This document shows positions 46,275-56,326 of a DNA stretch of 64,000 bases, piece after piece (the stretch's first letter is position 1; the number at the start of each line of letters is the position of its first letter). The position numbers and the translations under genes are program-made. Source of the DNA: a virus; the IMG/VR virus record IMGVR_UViG_3300002854_000227, positions 7,533-71,532 of that record. One strand, 5' to 3'. The notes below the pieces were generated by a model, which searched no databases, was not told the origin of the DNA, and worked only from the letters and a program-made list of their open reading frames with translations.

Positions 46275-47768
46275 ATGGGGTGGATACGGAACATGCTCAT
46301 GAAGATGCTGCGGGTAAACCCCGCGCCGGAAAATCAGATCATCACGATCAACGAACCGTTCAGCCATCGAGCGAACGTGCTACGGAATCGGCTCTGGTAC
46401 CGCGGGGATCCGTCGGAGCTGGACCAGTTTTACAAGCAGGCCAAGAACGACGCCGTCAGCAAATCGCGCTTCTGGGCGGCTGTGCCGAGCGCGGACCTCT
46501 CTATCCGAAAGATCCATTCCGGGCTGCCCGCTATGATCGCCGACAGATTATCGGATATCGTCATCGCCGACATGGACGGGATCGAGCTGACGAACGAGGC
46601 CCAGACAGACCTGTGGGAAGAGATCGCCGAGGACAATGCCTTCGCGGAGTTGCTGGGCGAGAGTATTACGGACGCGCTGGTGGCCGGCGACGGCGCGTTT
46701 AAAATCACGATTGATACGAGCATCACGCAGTATCCGATCATTGAGTTCTACAGCGGCGACCAGGTGGAGTATAAGCTGGCCCGTGGCCGGCTACAGGAAG
46801 TCTACTTCTACACGGATTACTGCTACAAGGACCAGGATTACCGGCTTTCGGAGACGTTCGGAAAGGGCCATATCAAGTACGTTTTGACGGACGCCCAAGG
46901 CAAGCAGGTTCCGCTCACGGCGTTACCTGAGACGTCCGAGCTGGCGGATACGACGTACGACGGCGACTGGATCATGGCCGTGCCGCTCATGTTCTTTAAG
47001 TCGCCGAAGTGGCGCGGCCGCGGGAAGTCGATCTTTGACAGCAAGTCGGATAGCTTCGATGCGTTGGACGAGGTGATTAGCCAATGGGTCGACGCGATCC
47101 GATCTGGGAGGGTGCAGAAGTACATTCCCGAGGATCTGATCCCGCGGAATCCAGACAACGGGCAGACGATGCGGCCAAATCCCTTCGACAATCAGTTCAT
47201 CAAGGTCGGATCGACGCTCGCGGAGGACGCGAAAAGCCAAATCAACATGATCCAGCCGCAAATCCTCTACGAAGCGTTCGTCGAGTCGTATGCCTCGGCG
47301 TTGGATATGTGCTTGCAGGGGATTGTCTCCCCGGCAACGCTCGGAATCGACCTGAAGAAGACGGACAATGCCGAGGCGCAACGGGAGAAGGAGAAAGCGA
47401 CACTTTACACGCGCGGCAAAATCATCGATCGGCTGAACGAGGTCGTACCGGAGGTCGTCGCGACGGCGCTGAAAGTCTACGACACGCTGAAGAGCCGACG
47501 AGCTGGCGAATATGAACCGAGTATCAAGTTCGGGGAGTACGCGAGCCCGAGCTTTGACGCGGTCGTGGAGACCGTGGGCAAGGCGAAAACGCTCGGTATT
47601 ATGAGCCTGGAACGCGTCGTCGAGGAGCTCTACGGCGACACCTGGACGACTGAGGAGAAGGCCGAAGAGGTCGAGCGGTTGAAGGCCGAACAGAGCGTCG
47701 GAGAGACGGAGCCGCCAGCAGTGAACCGCGACGGCGATCCAGAAGAGGATGACGGGGATGAAGTATAA
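46275..47768 (+). CDS. Portal protein (A118-like)
   Basis: Follows TerL; LWYRGD, DALDEVISQW, SPATLGID. Confidence 0.85.
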   Translation: MGWIRNMLMKMLRVNPAPENQIITINEPFSHRANVLRNRLWYRGDPSELDQFYKQAKNDAVSKSRFWAAVPSADLSIRKIHSGLPAMIADRLSDIVIADMDGIELTNEAQTDLWEEIAEDNAFAELLGESITDALVAGDGAFKITIDTSITQYPIIEFYSGDQVEYKLARGRLQEVYFYTDYCYKDQDYRLSETFGKGHIKYVLTDAQGKQVPLTALPETSELADTTYDGDWIMAVPLMFFKSPKWRGRGKSIFDSKSDSFDALDEVISQWVDAIRSGRVQKYIPEDLIPRNPDNGQTMRPNPFDNQFIKVGSTLAEDAKSQINMIQPQILYEAFVESYASALDMCLQGIVSPATLGIDLKKTDNAEAQREKEKATLYTRGKIIDRLNEVVPEVVATALKVYDTLKSRRAGEYEPSIKFGEYASPSFDAVVETVGKAKTLGIMSLERVVEELYGDTWTTEEKAEEVERLKAEQSVGETEPPAVNRDGDPEEDDGDEV

Positions 47769-48876
47769 CATCCGTCAAATCTTCGCCGAAATGGAGCTCG
47801 ACCTGATTAAGAGCATGCAGCGAAACCTGAAAGCCCACGAGGCCGAGGAAGAAAAGCTCGGATTCAAGTGGGAGCAATGGCAGAAGCGCAAGCTTGAAGA
47901 CTTGCAACGCTACCGGGCAGAGAGCCGCAAGATCGTCCGCAAGCATTCTGGGCAAATCGAAACGGCTGCCGAGCAAGAGGTTAAGGGATCGTTTCGACGT
48001 GGTGCCGATCGCGTCCTGCTATCGATTAAGAAGCTATGGGGGCGGCTCGGATTCGGCTCCGGGCTGCATGTCCCGCTGCCCACGCCGCGCGAGGAAAGCG
48101 ATACGAACTTCTTTCGGTTCAACGAGAAGCGCGTAAACCGGCTTGTCGATGCTGCTCGAAACGAAATGCAGATCGCACGTGCGGCGATGCTTCGGCAAGC
48201 TGACGACGTATTCCGGCAGACGATCTTCAAAAGCCAGGTGTACCTTAATTCCGGCGCGGCGTCGCTGAACCAGGCGATCGATATGGCGACGCGGGACTTC
48301 CTAGACAAAGGATTCAACTACATCGAATTCTCCGACGGCCGGCGCATGAACGTCGGCTCGTATGCCGAAATGGCGCTCCGTGCGGCATCCCAACGGGCCA
48401 TGTTCGCGGGAGAAGGGGCGCGCCGGCAAGAGATGGGCGTCCATACGGTCGTTGTGTCGGCGCATAACAACTGCTCAGAGCTGTGCCTGCCATGGCAGGG
48501 CAAAGTCTACATCGATGACGTCTATAGCGGCGGCAAACCGAACGGCAAGTACCCGCTGTTGAGTACGGCCATGGCGGCGGGGCTGTTCCATCCGAACTGT
48601 CGGCACAACATGACGACGTTTGTCCCGGGGGTTAGCCGGCTGCCGGCTCCAGTTGACGACGAAGAAGCGCTCGCGAACTACGACGCCGAGCAGGAGCAGC
48701 GTTATATGGAGCGCCAGGTCCGGAAGTACAAGCGGCGCGAGGCCGGGAGTACGGATCCGAAAAACCAAGAGGCCGCCAAAGCCAAGGTGAAGGAATGGCA
48801 GAAGCGGCTTCGGGGGCATTTGTCCCAAAACGAGCATTTACGGCGCGATTCAAGGCGCGAAAGGGTACGTGTATAA
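47758..48876 (+). CDS. Minor capsid protein (Phage_min_cap2-like)
   Basis: GLFHPNCRH, YDAEQEQRYMERQVRKYKRR. Confidence 0.85.
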   Translation: MKYNIRQIFAEMELDLIKSMQRNLKAHEAEEEKLGFKWEQWQKRKLEDLQRYRAESRKIVRKHSGQIETAAEQEVKGSFRRGADRVLLSIKKLWGRLGFGSGLHVPLPTPREESDTNFFRFNEKRVNRLVDAARNEMQIARAAMLRQADDVFRQTIFKSQVYLNSGAASLNQAIDMATRDFLDKGFNYIEFSDGRRMNVGSYAEMALRAASQRAMFAGEGARRQEMGVHTVVVSAHNNCSELCLPWQGKVYIDDVYSGGKPNGKYPLLSTAMAAGLFHPNCRHNMTTFVPGVSRLPAPVDDEEALANYDAEQEQRYMERQVRKYKRREAGSTDPKNQEAAKAKVKEWQKRLRGHLSQNEHLRRDSRRERVRV

Positions 48877-48992
48877 GCGTGGGCTCCGGCTGAGACTGCT
48901 GGGGCCTAATCGTCGTTGCTCGCGACGTTAAATAAGGGGCCATCACCGGACGCGACCGGGTTACCAAGCGAAGATGAATGGAGGGTCCATCA

Positions 48993-49577
48993 ATGAACAA
49001 AGAAGAGTTTATCGCATTGGGTTTGTCCGATGAGCAAGCGACCAAGGCGGCTACCGCTTCCGCGGAGGAGCTTAAAGGCTTCATCCCAAAGGCGCGATTC
49101 GATGAGGTGAATACGGCCAAGAAGACGGCCGAGGATACGCTCAAGGAGCGCGACAAGCAGCTCGAAGAGCTGAGCAAGACGGCTGGGGCGAGCGAGGACC
49201 TGAAAAAGCAAATCGAAACGCTCCAGACGGAGAACAAAGCCGCATCCGAGAAGCATGCCGGTGAGCTGAAGGACCTGACGCTCACGGGCGCGATCAAGTC
49301 GGCGCTCTCCGGTAAGGTGCATGACGAGGCACTGGTCGCCGGGCTATTCGACCGCACGAAGCTCGTTATCGACGGCGAGAAGGTCGTCGGGCTGGACGAG
49401 CAACTTAAGGGGCTCCAGGAGTCCAAGGCGTTCCTGTTCAAGCCAGAGGGCGGCGCAGGCACTGGTGGAGGCGGCAACGGGGGCTTCCGGGTTGGCGGGG
49501 CTGGTGGCGGTAACGGCGGACAAGCGTCCAACGAACAGCTAGCGGCCATTTTCGGCGTCGCCGGGGATGGAAAATAA
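48993..49577 (+). CDS. Capsid scaffold protein (GP20-like)
   Basis: GGAGGG RBS then ATG 48993; FIPKARFDEVN, GLDEQLK.L.ESK.FLF. Confidence 0.88.
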   Translation: MNKEEFIALGLSDEQATKAATASAEELKGFIPKARFDEVNTAKKTAEDTLKERDKQLEELSKTAGASEDLKKQIETLQTENKAASEKHAGELKDLTLTGAIKSALSGKVHDEALVAGLFDRTKLVIDGEKVVGLDEQLKGLQESKAFLFKPEGGAGTGGGGNGGFRVGGAGGGNGGQASNEQLAAIFGVAGDGK

Positions 49578-49599
49578 CGATTAAGGGAGAGACGATCAA

Positions 49600-50481
49600 A
49601 TGCCTTACAACTACGTAGACAGCTTTCTGACGGTCTTGCAGCAGAAATATTCGAAGGAACTGACGTCCAGCGGTCTCACGACGCAGAATGCGATCTTTTT
49701 GAACGCCAAGACGATCAAGATCCCGCGAATGGACGTGGCCGGATACAAGAACCACAGCCGCGCCGGCGGCTGGAATCGCCAGGCGATCAGCAACGACTTC
49801 GAGCTGAAGCAGCTCGCCTTCGACCGCGACGTAGAATTCTACGTCGACGCGATGGATGTCGACGAAACGAACCAAATCCTGTCGGCAGCCAACACGACGA
49901 ACGTGTTCGAGACGGAGCAGGCGATTCCGGAACTGGACAAGTATCGGTACAGCAAAATCTACGCCGATTACGTCGCGTTGGGCAAGGCGCCGAATACGAC
50001 GGCACTGACCACGGCCAACGCGCTCCAGATCTTCGATACGCTCATGCAGAACATGGACGAAGCCGAAGTGCCGCTCGAGGGCCGGATCCTGTATGTCACG
50101 CCTGCGGTGAACACGTTGTTGAAGCAGGCCCAAGACATGCAGCGCTTTATCGGCGTGCAAAACAACAACGGCACGATCGACCGCGCGGTGCGCAAGCTCG
50201 ACGACGTTACACTCGTTCAAGTGCCGTCCAGCCGCATGAAGACGGTGTACGACTTCACGAATGGCGCGGTCCCTGGCGTCGGTGCGAAGCAGATCAACAT
50301 GATTCTGATCCATCCGCAAGCGGTCATTGCGCCGATCAAGCACAGCGCAATTTATCTGTGGGAACCGGGCAGCCACACCGGCGGCGACGGCTACCTGTAC
50401 CAAAACCGTCGTTACACGGATCTGTTCCTCATCAACCGGAAAGCCGATGGCATTCAAATCAACGCCGAACCGGCGAGCTAA
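49600..50481 (+). CDS. Major capsid protein
   Basis: Follows scaffold; DRDVEFYVDAMDVDET, IPELDKYRYSK. Confidence 0.88.
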   Translation: MPYNYVDSFLTVLQQKYSKELTSSGLTTQNAIFLNAKTIKIPRMDVAGYKNHSRAGGWNRQAISNDFELKQLAFDRDVEFYVDAMDVDETNQILSAANTTNVFETEQAIPELDKYRYSKIYADYVALGKAPNTTALTTANALQIFDTLMQNMDEAEVPLEGRILYVTPAVNTLLKQAQDMQRFIGVQNNNGTIDRAVRKLDDVTLVQVPSSRMKTVYDFTNGAVPGVGAKQINMILIHPQAVIAPIKHSAIYLWEPGSHTGGDGYLYQNRRYTDLFLINRKADGIQINAEPAS

Positions 50482-50497
50482 GAAGGGAGCGTTGACC

Positions 50498-50791
50498 ATG
50501 TTTTACGCAGTCAAAGGGAATACGCAGTTGAAGATCGACGAGGCCGAACGATCCGACTACCTGAAACTCGGCTACGACATTGCTGAGGAAAAAGACGGGG
50601 AGCTCGAGATGATCGAGTCTTCCCCGGCAAAGACGTTGTCTTATGCCGAGCACAAGAAGGCCTTAGACGAAATCGAGAACCTTCGGGGGCAGTTGGCCGG
50701 CTTCGGCGAAGAAGCCTCGAAGGAGATCGCAAGTCTCAAGGCCAAACTGGCCGAAGCGAACAAGAAGCTGAAGGAAGCCACGGGCGGGTGA
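50498..50791 (+). CDS. Head-associated hypothetical protein
   Basis: GGGAG RBS, ATG 50498; coiled-coil C-terminus. Confidence 0.65.
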   Translation: MFYAVKGNTQLKIDEAERSDYLKLGYDIAEEKDGELEMIESSPAKTLSYAEHKKALDEIENLRGQLAGFGEEASKEIASLKAKLAEANKKLKEATGG

Positions 50792-50795
50792 TCGT

Positions 50796-51161
50796 ATGGT
50801 CTACGCTACGGCAGCGGACTACGCGCAGTACGGCGCCGGCACGATCCCGGCCGAAGAGCTCGATAAGGCGCTCGGCCGGGCGAGTGATCAGGTGGACAGC
50901 CTGACCTATAACCGGATCGTTGCGCGAGGCTTCGAAGCTCTCTCGCCCTTCCAGCAGCTCAACATCCGGAAAGCGGTGTGTCAGCAGGCAGACTTCGCAT
51001 ACCAATACGGCGACTACCTGGACGCACCGCTTTCCGGGTACAGCGCAGGCAGTATCTCGCTGACGTTCAAAGCGGCTGAAGGGGCGGGCGGCGTCCGGAC
51101 GACGGATACGGTCATGAATCTTCTGCGTGCCACGGGGCTCGCGAACAGGGGGATGTGCTGA
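50796..51161 (+). CDS. Head-tail adaptor
   Basis: YATAADY, ASDQVDSLTYNRI, GLANRG. Confidence 0.8.
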   Translation: MVYATAADYAQYGAGTIPAEELDKALGRASDQVDSLTYNRIVARGFEALSPFQQLNIRKAVCQQADFAYQYGDYLDAPLSGYSAGSISLTFKAAEGAGGVRTTDTVMNLLRATGLANRGMC

Positions 51162-51487
51162 TGCGTGGTAAGCTACCGTTTCCGACGTGGATTCTTGTGA
51201 CGCCCGTGCGAGTCTACCAAACCGAATTAAGCGAGGACGGAGAGCCTATCGAGGAATTAATCTTCGACGGGCTTTGCTGTTTCGACGAGAAAATGCGCCA
51301 GACGCTCGACAAGGAACGCCGTCTGGTGACGTTGTCGGGCAAGGTTATCATCCAGGGCGATATTAACCCCGGTAAGCTGATCGAGGGCTATGTCGTCGTT
51401 GCCGACGCTCAGCGGTCTATTTTCCGCGCGGCCCGTCCGTACAATCCGGACGGCAGCGTATTTTCGACCGAACTGGAGCTGATGTGA
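51155..51487 (+). CDS. Head-closure / minor capsid protein
   Basis: Synteny; NPDGSVFSTELEL terminus. Confidence 0.7.
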   Translation: MLMRGKLPFPTWILVTPVRVYQTELSEDGEPIEELIFDGLCCFDEKMRQTLDKERRLVTLSGKVIIQGDINPGKLIEGYVVVADAQRSIFRAARPYNPDGSVFSTELELM

Positions 51488-51877
51488 ATGAAGGTCCGAA
51501 CGCGAATGAATCGACGGGCGGTCAACCAGATTTCGGAGGCGGCGCTGCAGGCCCTCTCGATGACGGTAAAGGGCTCGCACGACAGCATCCTCTCCGACAT
51601 CATGACGTCCGAAGTCGTGCCGAAGCAGACCGGCGAGCTCGAGCGCAGCGTGTACATCGACGAGTCCCAGATCAAGAAAGGGACCGTGACGCTCGTCTAC
51701 GATTCGCCGTACGCGCGTCGGCTATATTGGCATCCGGAATACAACTTCCGGACTGACAAGAACCGGAACGCACGCGGAATGTGGCTGGAGCCCTGGGCGA
51801 ACGGCGAGAAAACGAACACATTCGTTAAGCGGTTTAAGGATCTGCTGAAGCGTCTTTCCGGAGGGTTCATCCGATGA
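51488..51877 (+). CDS. Minor capsid / tail completion protein
   Basis: VPKQTGELERS, YDSPYARRLYW, ARGMWLE. Confidence 0.8.
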   Translation: MKVRTRMNRRAVNQISEAALQALSMTVKGSHDSILSDIMTSEVVPKQTGELERSVYIDESQIKKGTVTLVYDSPYARRLYWHPEYNFRTDKNRNARGMWLEPWANGEKTNTFVKRFKDLLKRLSGGFIR

Positions 51878-52260
51878 GGCTCTCGGAGGTTCGCGACTGG
51901 CTCAAAACGAAAATCGATTGTCCTAACTGGTATATCGGGAAGATTGACGGGAAGAAGCCGCAATGCATAGGGCTCTATGGGCTGAACAGCGGCGCGCCGG
52001 TCATTGCGATCGGCGGGTTGGAGAACACCTCGTACGCGGCCAAACCGATATCGATCCTGATTCACTGGGGGAAGAATGCCGACGTGGCCGAGGTCAAGGC
52101 GCAGGAGGTCTATGCGGCGCTGTTCGGCCAGTCCGCTGTCATCGGCGGGCAACGGGTCATATCGTTCGACATGCGAACGCCGGAACCGGTCAGCGTGGGC
52201 ACAGACGACGAGGGCATTTATGAGTACGTCATCGAAACAACCATCTATTACGAAAGGTAG
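51874..52260 (+). CDS. Tail terminator (Minor_capsid_3-like)
   Basis: ISILIHWGKN, GTDDEGIYEYVI. Confidence 0.75.
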   Translation: MRLSEVRDWLKTKIDCPNWYIGKIDGKKPQCIGLYGLNSGAPVIAIGGLENTSYAAKPISILIHWGKNADVAEVKAQEVYAALFGQSAVIGGQRVISFDMRTPEPVSVGTDDEGIYEYVIETTIYYER

Positions 52261-52268
52261 GCGAGGAT

Positions 52269-52742
52269 ATGCTTAAGCTCAACTTGCAGACATTCGCCGG
52301 AACGGGCGTGTTCCCGGTCCATAACAACAAATTCAAAATCGGCACCGCAGGGCGGGCGTCGACGGTGGCCGAGATGGTCGTGGTGAAGGACTTGGAGACG
52401 TTCTCCCCTTCGATCGACGCCAACACGGAAGAATGGACTCCGATGGACCAGGGCGGCTGGGTACGCCGCGCGGTCACCGGGAAGGGGCTCACCTTCTCGT
52501 TCAGCGGAAAACGCCATTACGGCGATCCGGGTAACGACTATATCGGCGGTTTGTTGCTCGGCACCGGGCAAGCGGTCGAAACGAAATTCGAGTGGGAGAT
52601 GCCGGACGGCGGCAAGCTCGTCATGGACTGCGTCATCAACCTGACGACGCCCGCAGGCGGAGACTCGACCAATATCGATACGCTCGAATTCGAACTGCTT
52701 TCGGACGGCCTGCCGACGTATACGGCGCCGACCGGTCCATAA
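52269..52742 (+). CDS. Major tail (tube) protein
   Basis: GVFPVHNNKFKI, SFSGKRHYGDPGNDYI. Confidence 0.85.
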   Translation: MLKLNLQTFAGTGVFPVHNNKFKIGTAGRASTVAEMVVVKDLETFSPSIDANTEEWTPMDQGGWVRRAVTGKGLTFSFSGKRHYGDPGNDYIGGLLLGTGQAVETKFEWEMPDGGKLVMDCVINLTTPAGGDSTNIDTLEFELLSDGLPTYTAPTGP

Positions 52743-52758
52743 GGGGGGATAACGTATC

Positions 52759-53067
52759 ATGGCAATTATCAATATCACGGACAAGCTCAGCTCGACCCGG
52801 CCCCAGATTCAAATCGGGGAAAAAACCTACGAGGTCAATAACTCCATGGCCGCGGTGTTTAACTTCGAGGGGCTTGCCAGCACCGGCACAGCGACGAAGA
52901 TGAAAGAATCGATGGAGCTGGCGCTCGGCAAAGACGCCGTCGCGGAGATCGACGTCATGGCAATGTCGCTCGAAAATTTCAAAGTGCTATCGATCGCGGT
53001 CATGGCAGCCATGCAAGGGCTGACCTTCGAGAAGGCGGAAGCCCGATTTCGCAAAGCCGAGCAATGA
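52759..53067 (+). CDS. Tail assembly chaperone
   Basis: Between tube and Gp15-like ORF; ends ARFRKAEQ. Confidence 0.75.
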   Translation: MAIINITDKLSSTRPQIQIGEKTYEVNNSMAAVFNFEGLASTGTATKMKESMELALGKDAVAEIDVMAMSLENFKVLSIAVMAAMQGLTFEKAEARFRKAEQ

Positions 53068-53410
53068 GGAGCGCTGGTATGACCTTGCTGACGATTGGCC
53101 GCTCGTAGAAGCCAGCATCGCCAAGCAGTACGGCATCCGAATAAGGCAGCATACCGATATGCCCTGGGACGAGTTTTGCACACTCGTAGCAGGGCTTATG
53201 CCGGATACGCCGCTGGGCTCTGTAGTCTCGATCCGCGCGGAAAAGGACCAGAAGGCCATAAAGTCGTTCTCAGCAGACCAGAGGCGAATCCACCGGGAGT
53301 GGCGGACACGGCGGGCCCAGAAGCGGCTCGACGACCCAGATAAACTCAAGCAGGATATGGATGCGCTGGTTAAGCTCTTCGCGACCATGTTCGGGAAGGA
53401 GGCAACATGA
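53047..53410 (+). CDS. Gp15-like chaperone extension, probably reached by +1 frameshift
   Basis: +1 frame reads WYDLADDWPLVEASIAKQYGIRI...TPLGSVVSIRAEKD with no in-frame start before 53159. Confidence 0.65.
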
Positions 53411-55950
53411 GCGGCGCAAGTGCAGGATCCATAGATTTAGATCTCGGGATCGATTACGGGAGCTTTAACCAGCAGCTCCGTGGGATCGCCGGCAACGCGA
53501 CCAACATGGTTGGTGGAGCGTTCAAGAAGTTGGGTGGGATCATCGCCGCCGCCTTTGCCATCCACGGCATGGTCAGCTTCAGTCGAGAGGCTATCAATCT
53601 CGCATCCGACTTACAAGAAGTCCAGAACGTTGTTGACGTGACGTTTGGTAGCATGTCGACCGAAGTAGACGCCTGGTCGACGCAAATGATTGAAAGCTTT
53701 GGCTTGTCGGAGCTGTCGGCGAAGAAATACGCCTCAACAATGGGCGCCATGCTTAAGTCGTCCGGTCTGACCGGCGAAACCATGAAAGACATGTCCAAGA
53801 ACCTGACCGAGTTGACGGCGGACATGGCCTCGTTTTATAACCTCTCGACCGATATGGCCTTTGACAAGATCCGTGCCGGGATATCCGGAGAGACGGAGCC
53901 ACTGAAGCAACTCGGTATCAATCTCAACGTCGCCAACCTGGAGGCATTTGCACTAAGCCAGGGCATCACGAAGAGCTATCAGGCCATGTCGCAGGCTGAG
54001 CAGGTCATGCTACGCTACAACTACTTATTGAATGCGGCGAAAGATTCGCAGGGCGACTTTGCCCGCAACGGGGATAGCTGGGCGAACCAGCTCCGCGTCT
54101 TGACGGAGCGCTTTAGAATATTCCAAGGCACGATGGGTCAGGGATTCATCAATATCCTGACACCCGTGATCGGCTGGATTAACAAGCTGATCGCTAAACT
54201 GCAGATCGCCGCGAATTATTTCAAGGCCTTTACGGAGGTTTTATTCGGGGCGCAGAATGTCGCTTCCAACGGTGCAGCAGCCGTAGCGGGCGCGGCGTCG
54301 TCTATGGGTGACATGGGGGCCGCTGCAGCGGATGCCGCTAAGGACGTTAAGAAAGCGGGCAAGGCAGTCAAAGGATCGCTGGGCAGCTTTGACCAGCTCA
54401 ACACGATCACGCAAAAAACTGCGTCTGCTATGGACGACATCGCAGATCAAACGGCAGCGATGGGCGGGATGGACCTAGGCTCCGGTAACATGGTGCTCGA
54501 ACCGGATATCAATACCGATATCATGCGCGCTAAGGTGCAGGGGATCGTTGACGATATACGAGGCCAATTCAATTCGCTTTGGTCAGGCATCAAATCCGGG
54601 TGGTCGTGGGCAGTATCCACGTTTGGCCCGTCACTCCAACAAGCATGGGCGACTGTTGCTCCGGAGCTTGCGAAATGGAAGGGTTCATTCGGAACGATGT
54701 TTAACGACATCATCAAATTAGGCGAGCCGCTTAAAAACTGGTTTTTAACCAGCGTCGTGCCGCTTTGGCAGCAAGGGATCACGACAGCGGGCGAAATACT
54801 GGCGGGCCTATCAGAGAGCGTCAGGATCGTATTCGAGGACATATGGGCGGCCGCCTATCCCATATTGGAAAGCTTTGTTACGGAGGGGCTCCCTCGACTA
54901 ACGGAATTTCTCGGGGAAGCGCAGGGGATTTTTCAGCAGCTATTCGATCTGGCCAAGAGAATTTTCGACGATATTTGGAGAGACGCGGTCAATCCCGCCA
55001 TGCAGCTTATTTCGGATATCGTGCGAGACGTGCTCGATATCGTCTATGCATGGTGGGACAAGTGGGGCGTTAAAATCCTTGATGGGATCAAGAAGAGCCT
55101 GGATAAGATCAAAGAGATATGGCGCGACTTGTGGGATGGTTTTTTGAAGCCCTTTGTTGACGAAATGCTCGAGAACCTGACTTGGTTGTGGGAAAAGCAC
55201 TTGAAAGGGCTCGTCAAACAAATCGGAGAGTTCGTCGGTAAACTGATCACGGCCGCCCAAGACATCTGGAACGAGTTCATCGCGCCGATCATTCAATACT
55301 TGGTAAAAACCCTCGGCCCGACATTCTCGGATGTTTTTACTTTTATCGGAGATGTGATCGGCACAATCATCGGTGTTATTGCGGACGTTGCATCCGGAAT
55401 ATTTAAGGCTCTCGGCGGAATTATCGACTTTATCGCCGGAGTTTTTACTGGAGATTGGAAGCGCGCATGGAACGGTATTAAGGACTTTATGAGCGGAATA
55501 GGGGACGCCATTGTTGGGATATTCAAGGGCGCTGTTAACCTTGTTATCGACGCCATTAACTGGATGATCCGGCAATTAAGCAAAGTGAGTATCGATATCC
55601 CAGACTGGGTGCCCGGCGTTGGCGGGAAAAATTTTGGATTTACGATTCCGGAGATTCCGAAGCTCGCGAAAGGCGGCCTGGCTTACGGTCCGACGCTTGC
55701 AATGGTCGGGGATAACCGCGGGGCCGCCGCTGACCCGGAAGTCATCTCGCCGCTGTCTAAGCTGCAGGAACTGATGGGCGGGAGTAACCAGGCCGTCGTT
55801 GAGGCGTTGTATATGATCCTCGAAACGCTCCGTAGCAATGGCAGCCGCGAGACGGTCCTGAAGATCGGCGAGACGGAGCTCGGCCGCGTCGCGGCCCGGG
55901 CAATTAACAGCGCGCAGCGACAAGCTGGACGATCCCTGCTTGAACTATAA
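53407..55950 (+). CDS. Tape measure protein
   Basis: ASDLQEVQNVVDVTFG, SGETEPLKQLG, IPKLAKGGLAYGPTLAMVGD. Confidence 0.92.
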   Translation: MSGASAGSIDLDLGIDYGSFNQQLRGIAGNATNMVGGAFKKLGGIIAAAFAIHGMVSFSREAINLASDLQEVQNVVDVTFGSMSTEVDAWSTQMIESFGLSELSAKKYASTMGAMLKSSGLTGETMKDMSKNLTELTADMASFYNLSTDMAFDKIRAGISGETEPLKQLGINLNVANLEAFALSQGITKSYQAMSQAEQVMLRYNYLLNAAKDSQGDFARNGDSWANQLRVLTERFRIFQGTMGQGFINILTPVIGWINKLIAKLQIAANYFKAFTEVLFGAQNVASNGAAAVAGAASSMGDMGAAAADAAKDVKKAGKAVKGSLGSFDQLNTITQKTASAMDDIADQTAAMGGMDLGSGNMVLEPDINTDIMRAKVQGIVDDIRGQFNSLWSGIKSGWSWAVSTFGPSLQQAWATVAPELAKWKGSFGTMFNDIIKLGEPLKNWFLTSVVPLWQQGITTAGEILAGLSESVRIVFEDIWAAAYPILESFVTEGLPRLTEFLGEAQGIFQQLFDLAKRIFDDIWRDAVNPAMQLISDIVRDVLDIVYAWWDKWGVKILDGIKKSLDKIKEIWRDLWDGFLKPFVDEMLENLTWLWEKHLKGLVKQIGEFVGKLITAAQDIWNEFIAPIIQYLVKTLGPTFSDVFTFIGDVIGTIIGVIADVASGIFKALGGIIDFIAGVFTGDWKRAWNGIKDFMSGIGDAIVGIFKGAVNLVIDAINWMIRQLSKVSIDIPDWVPGVGGKNFGFTIPEIPKLAKGGLAYGPTLAMVGDNRGAAADPEVISPLSKLQELMGGSNQAVVEALYMILETLRSNGSRETVLKIGETELGRVAARAINSAQRQAGRSLLEL

Positions 55951-55962
55951 CGAGGTGATGAC

Positions 55963-56322
55963 GTGCAGATCAAAATCAATGGGGTCGAAATTGCCGAATA
56001 CCCTTCGAAATTTACGGTAACGCCGATGGACCTCGATGATGGGGAATCGACAGGGCGGACCGCCGACGGCAAGCTTAACCGCGATCGCATCCGAGTTGTA
56101 AGGCAGATTGAGATGGAGTGGGGCGTGCTGTCATGGCCGAAAATCTCAGCCATACTCAAGGCGATGGACGCCGTCTTTTTTAATCTCACCTATCCGGACC
56201 CGATGACCGGCACGTACGAGACGAAGACGGTATATGTCGGGAACCGGCCCGCGCCGTTTGCAGTCGGAACCGGCAATGACTTGAGATGGTCGGGGCTTAA
56301 AGTAACCTTGACGGAGCAGTGA
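55963..56322 (+). CDS. Distal tail protein (DUF6711-like)
   Basis: RTADGKL.RDRI, YPDP..G.YET...YVG.R. Confidence 0.75.
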   Translation: MQIKINGVEIAEYPSKFTVTPMDLDDGESTGRTADGKLNRDRIRVVRQIEMEWGVLSWPKISAILKAMDAVFFNLTYPDPMTGTYETKTVYVGNRPAPFAVGTGNDLRWSGLKVTLTEQ

Positions 56323-56326
56323 GGCC

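Noticed and set aside
46923-49549. Several 280-305 aa minus-strand ORFs over portal, minor capsid and scaffold
   Set aside because: Shadow frames of clear plus-strand structural genes
49438-50499. 353-aa minus-strand ORF
   Set aside because: Antisense to the major capsid gene; typical high-GC shadow frame
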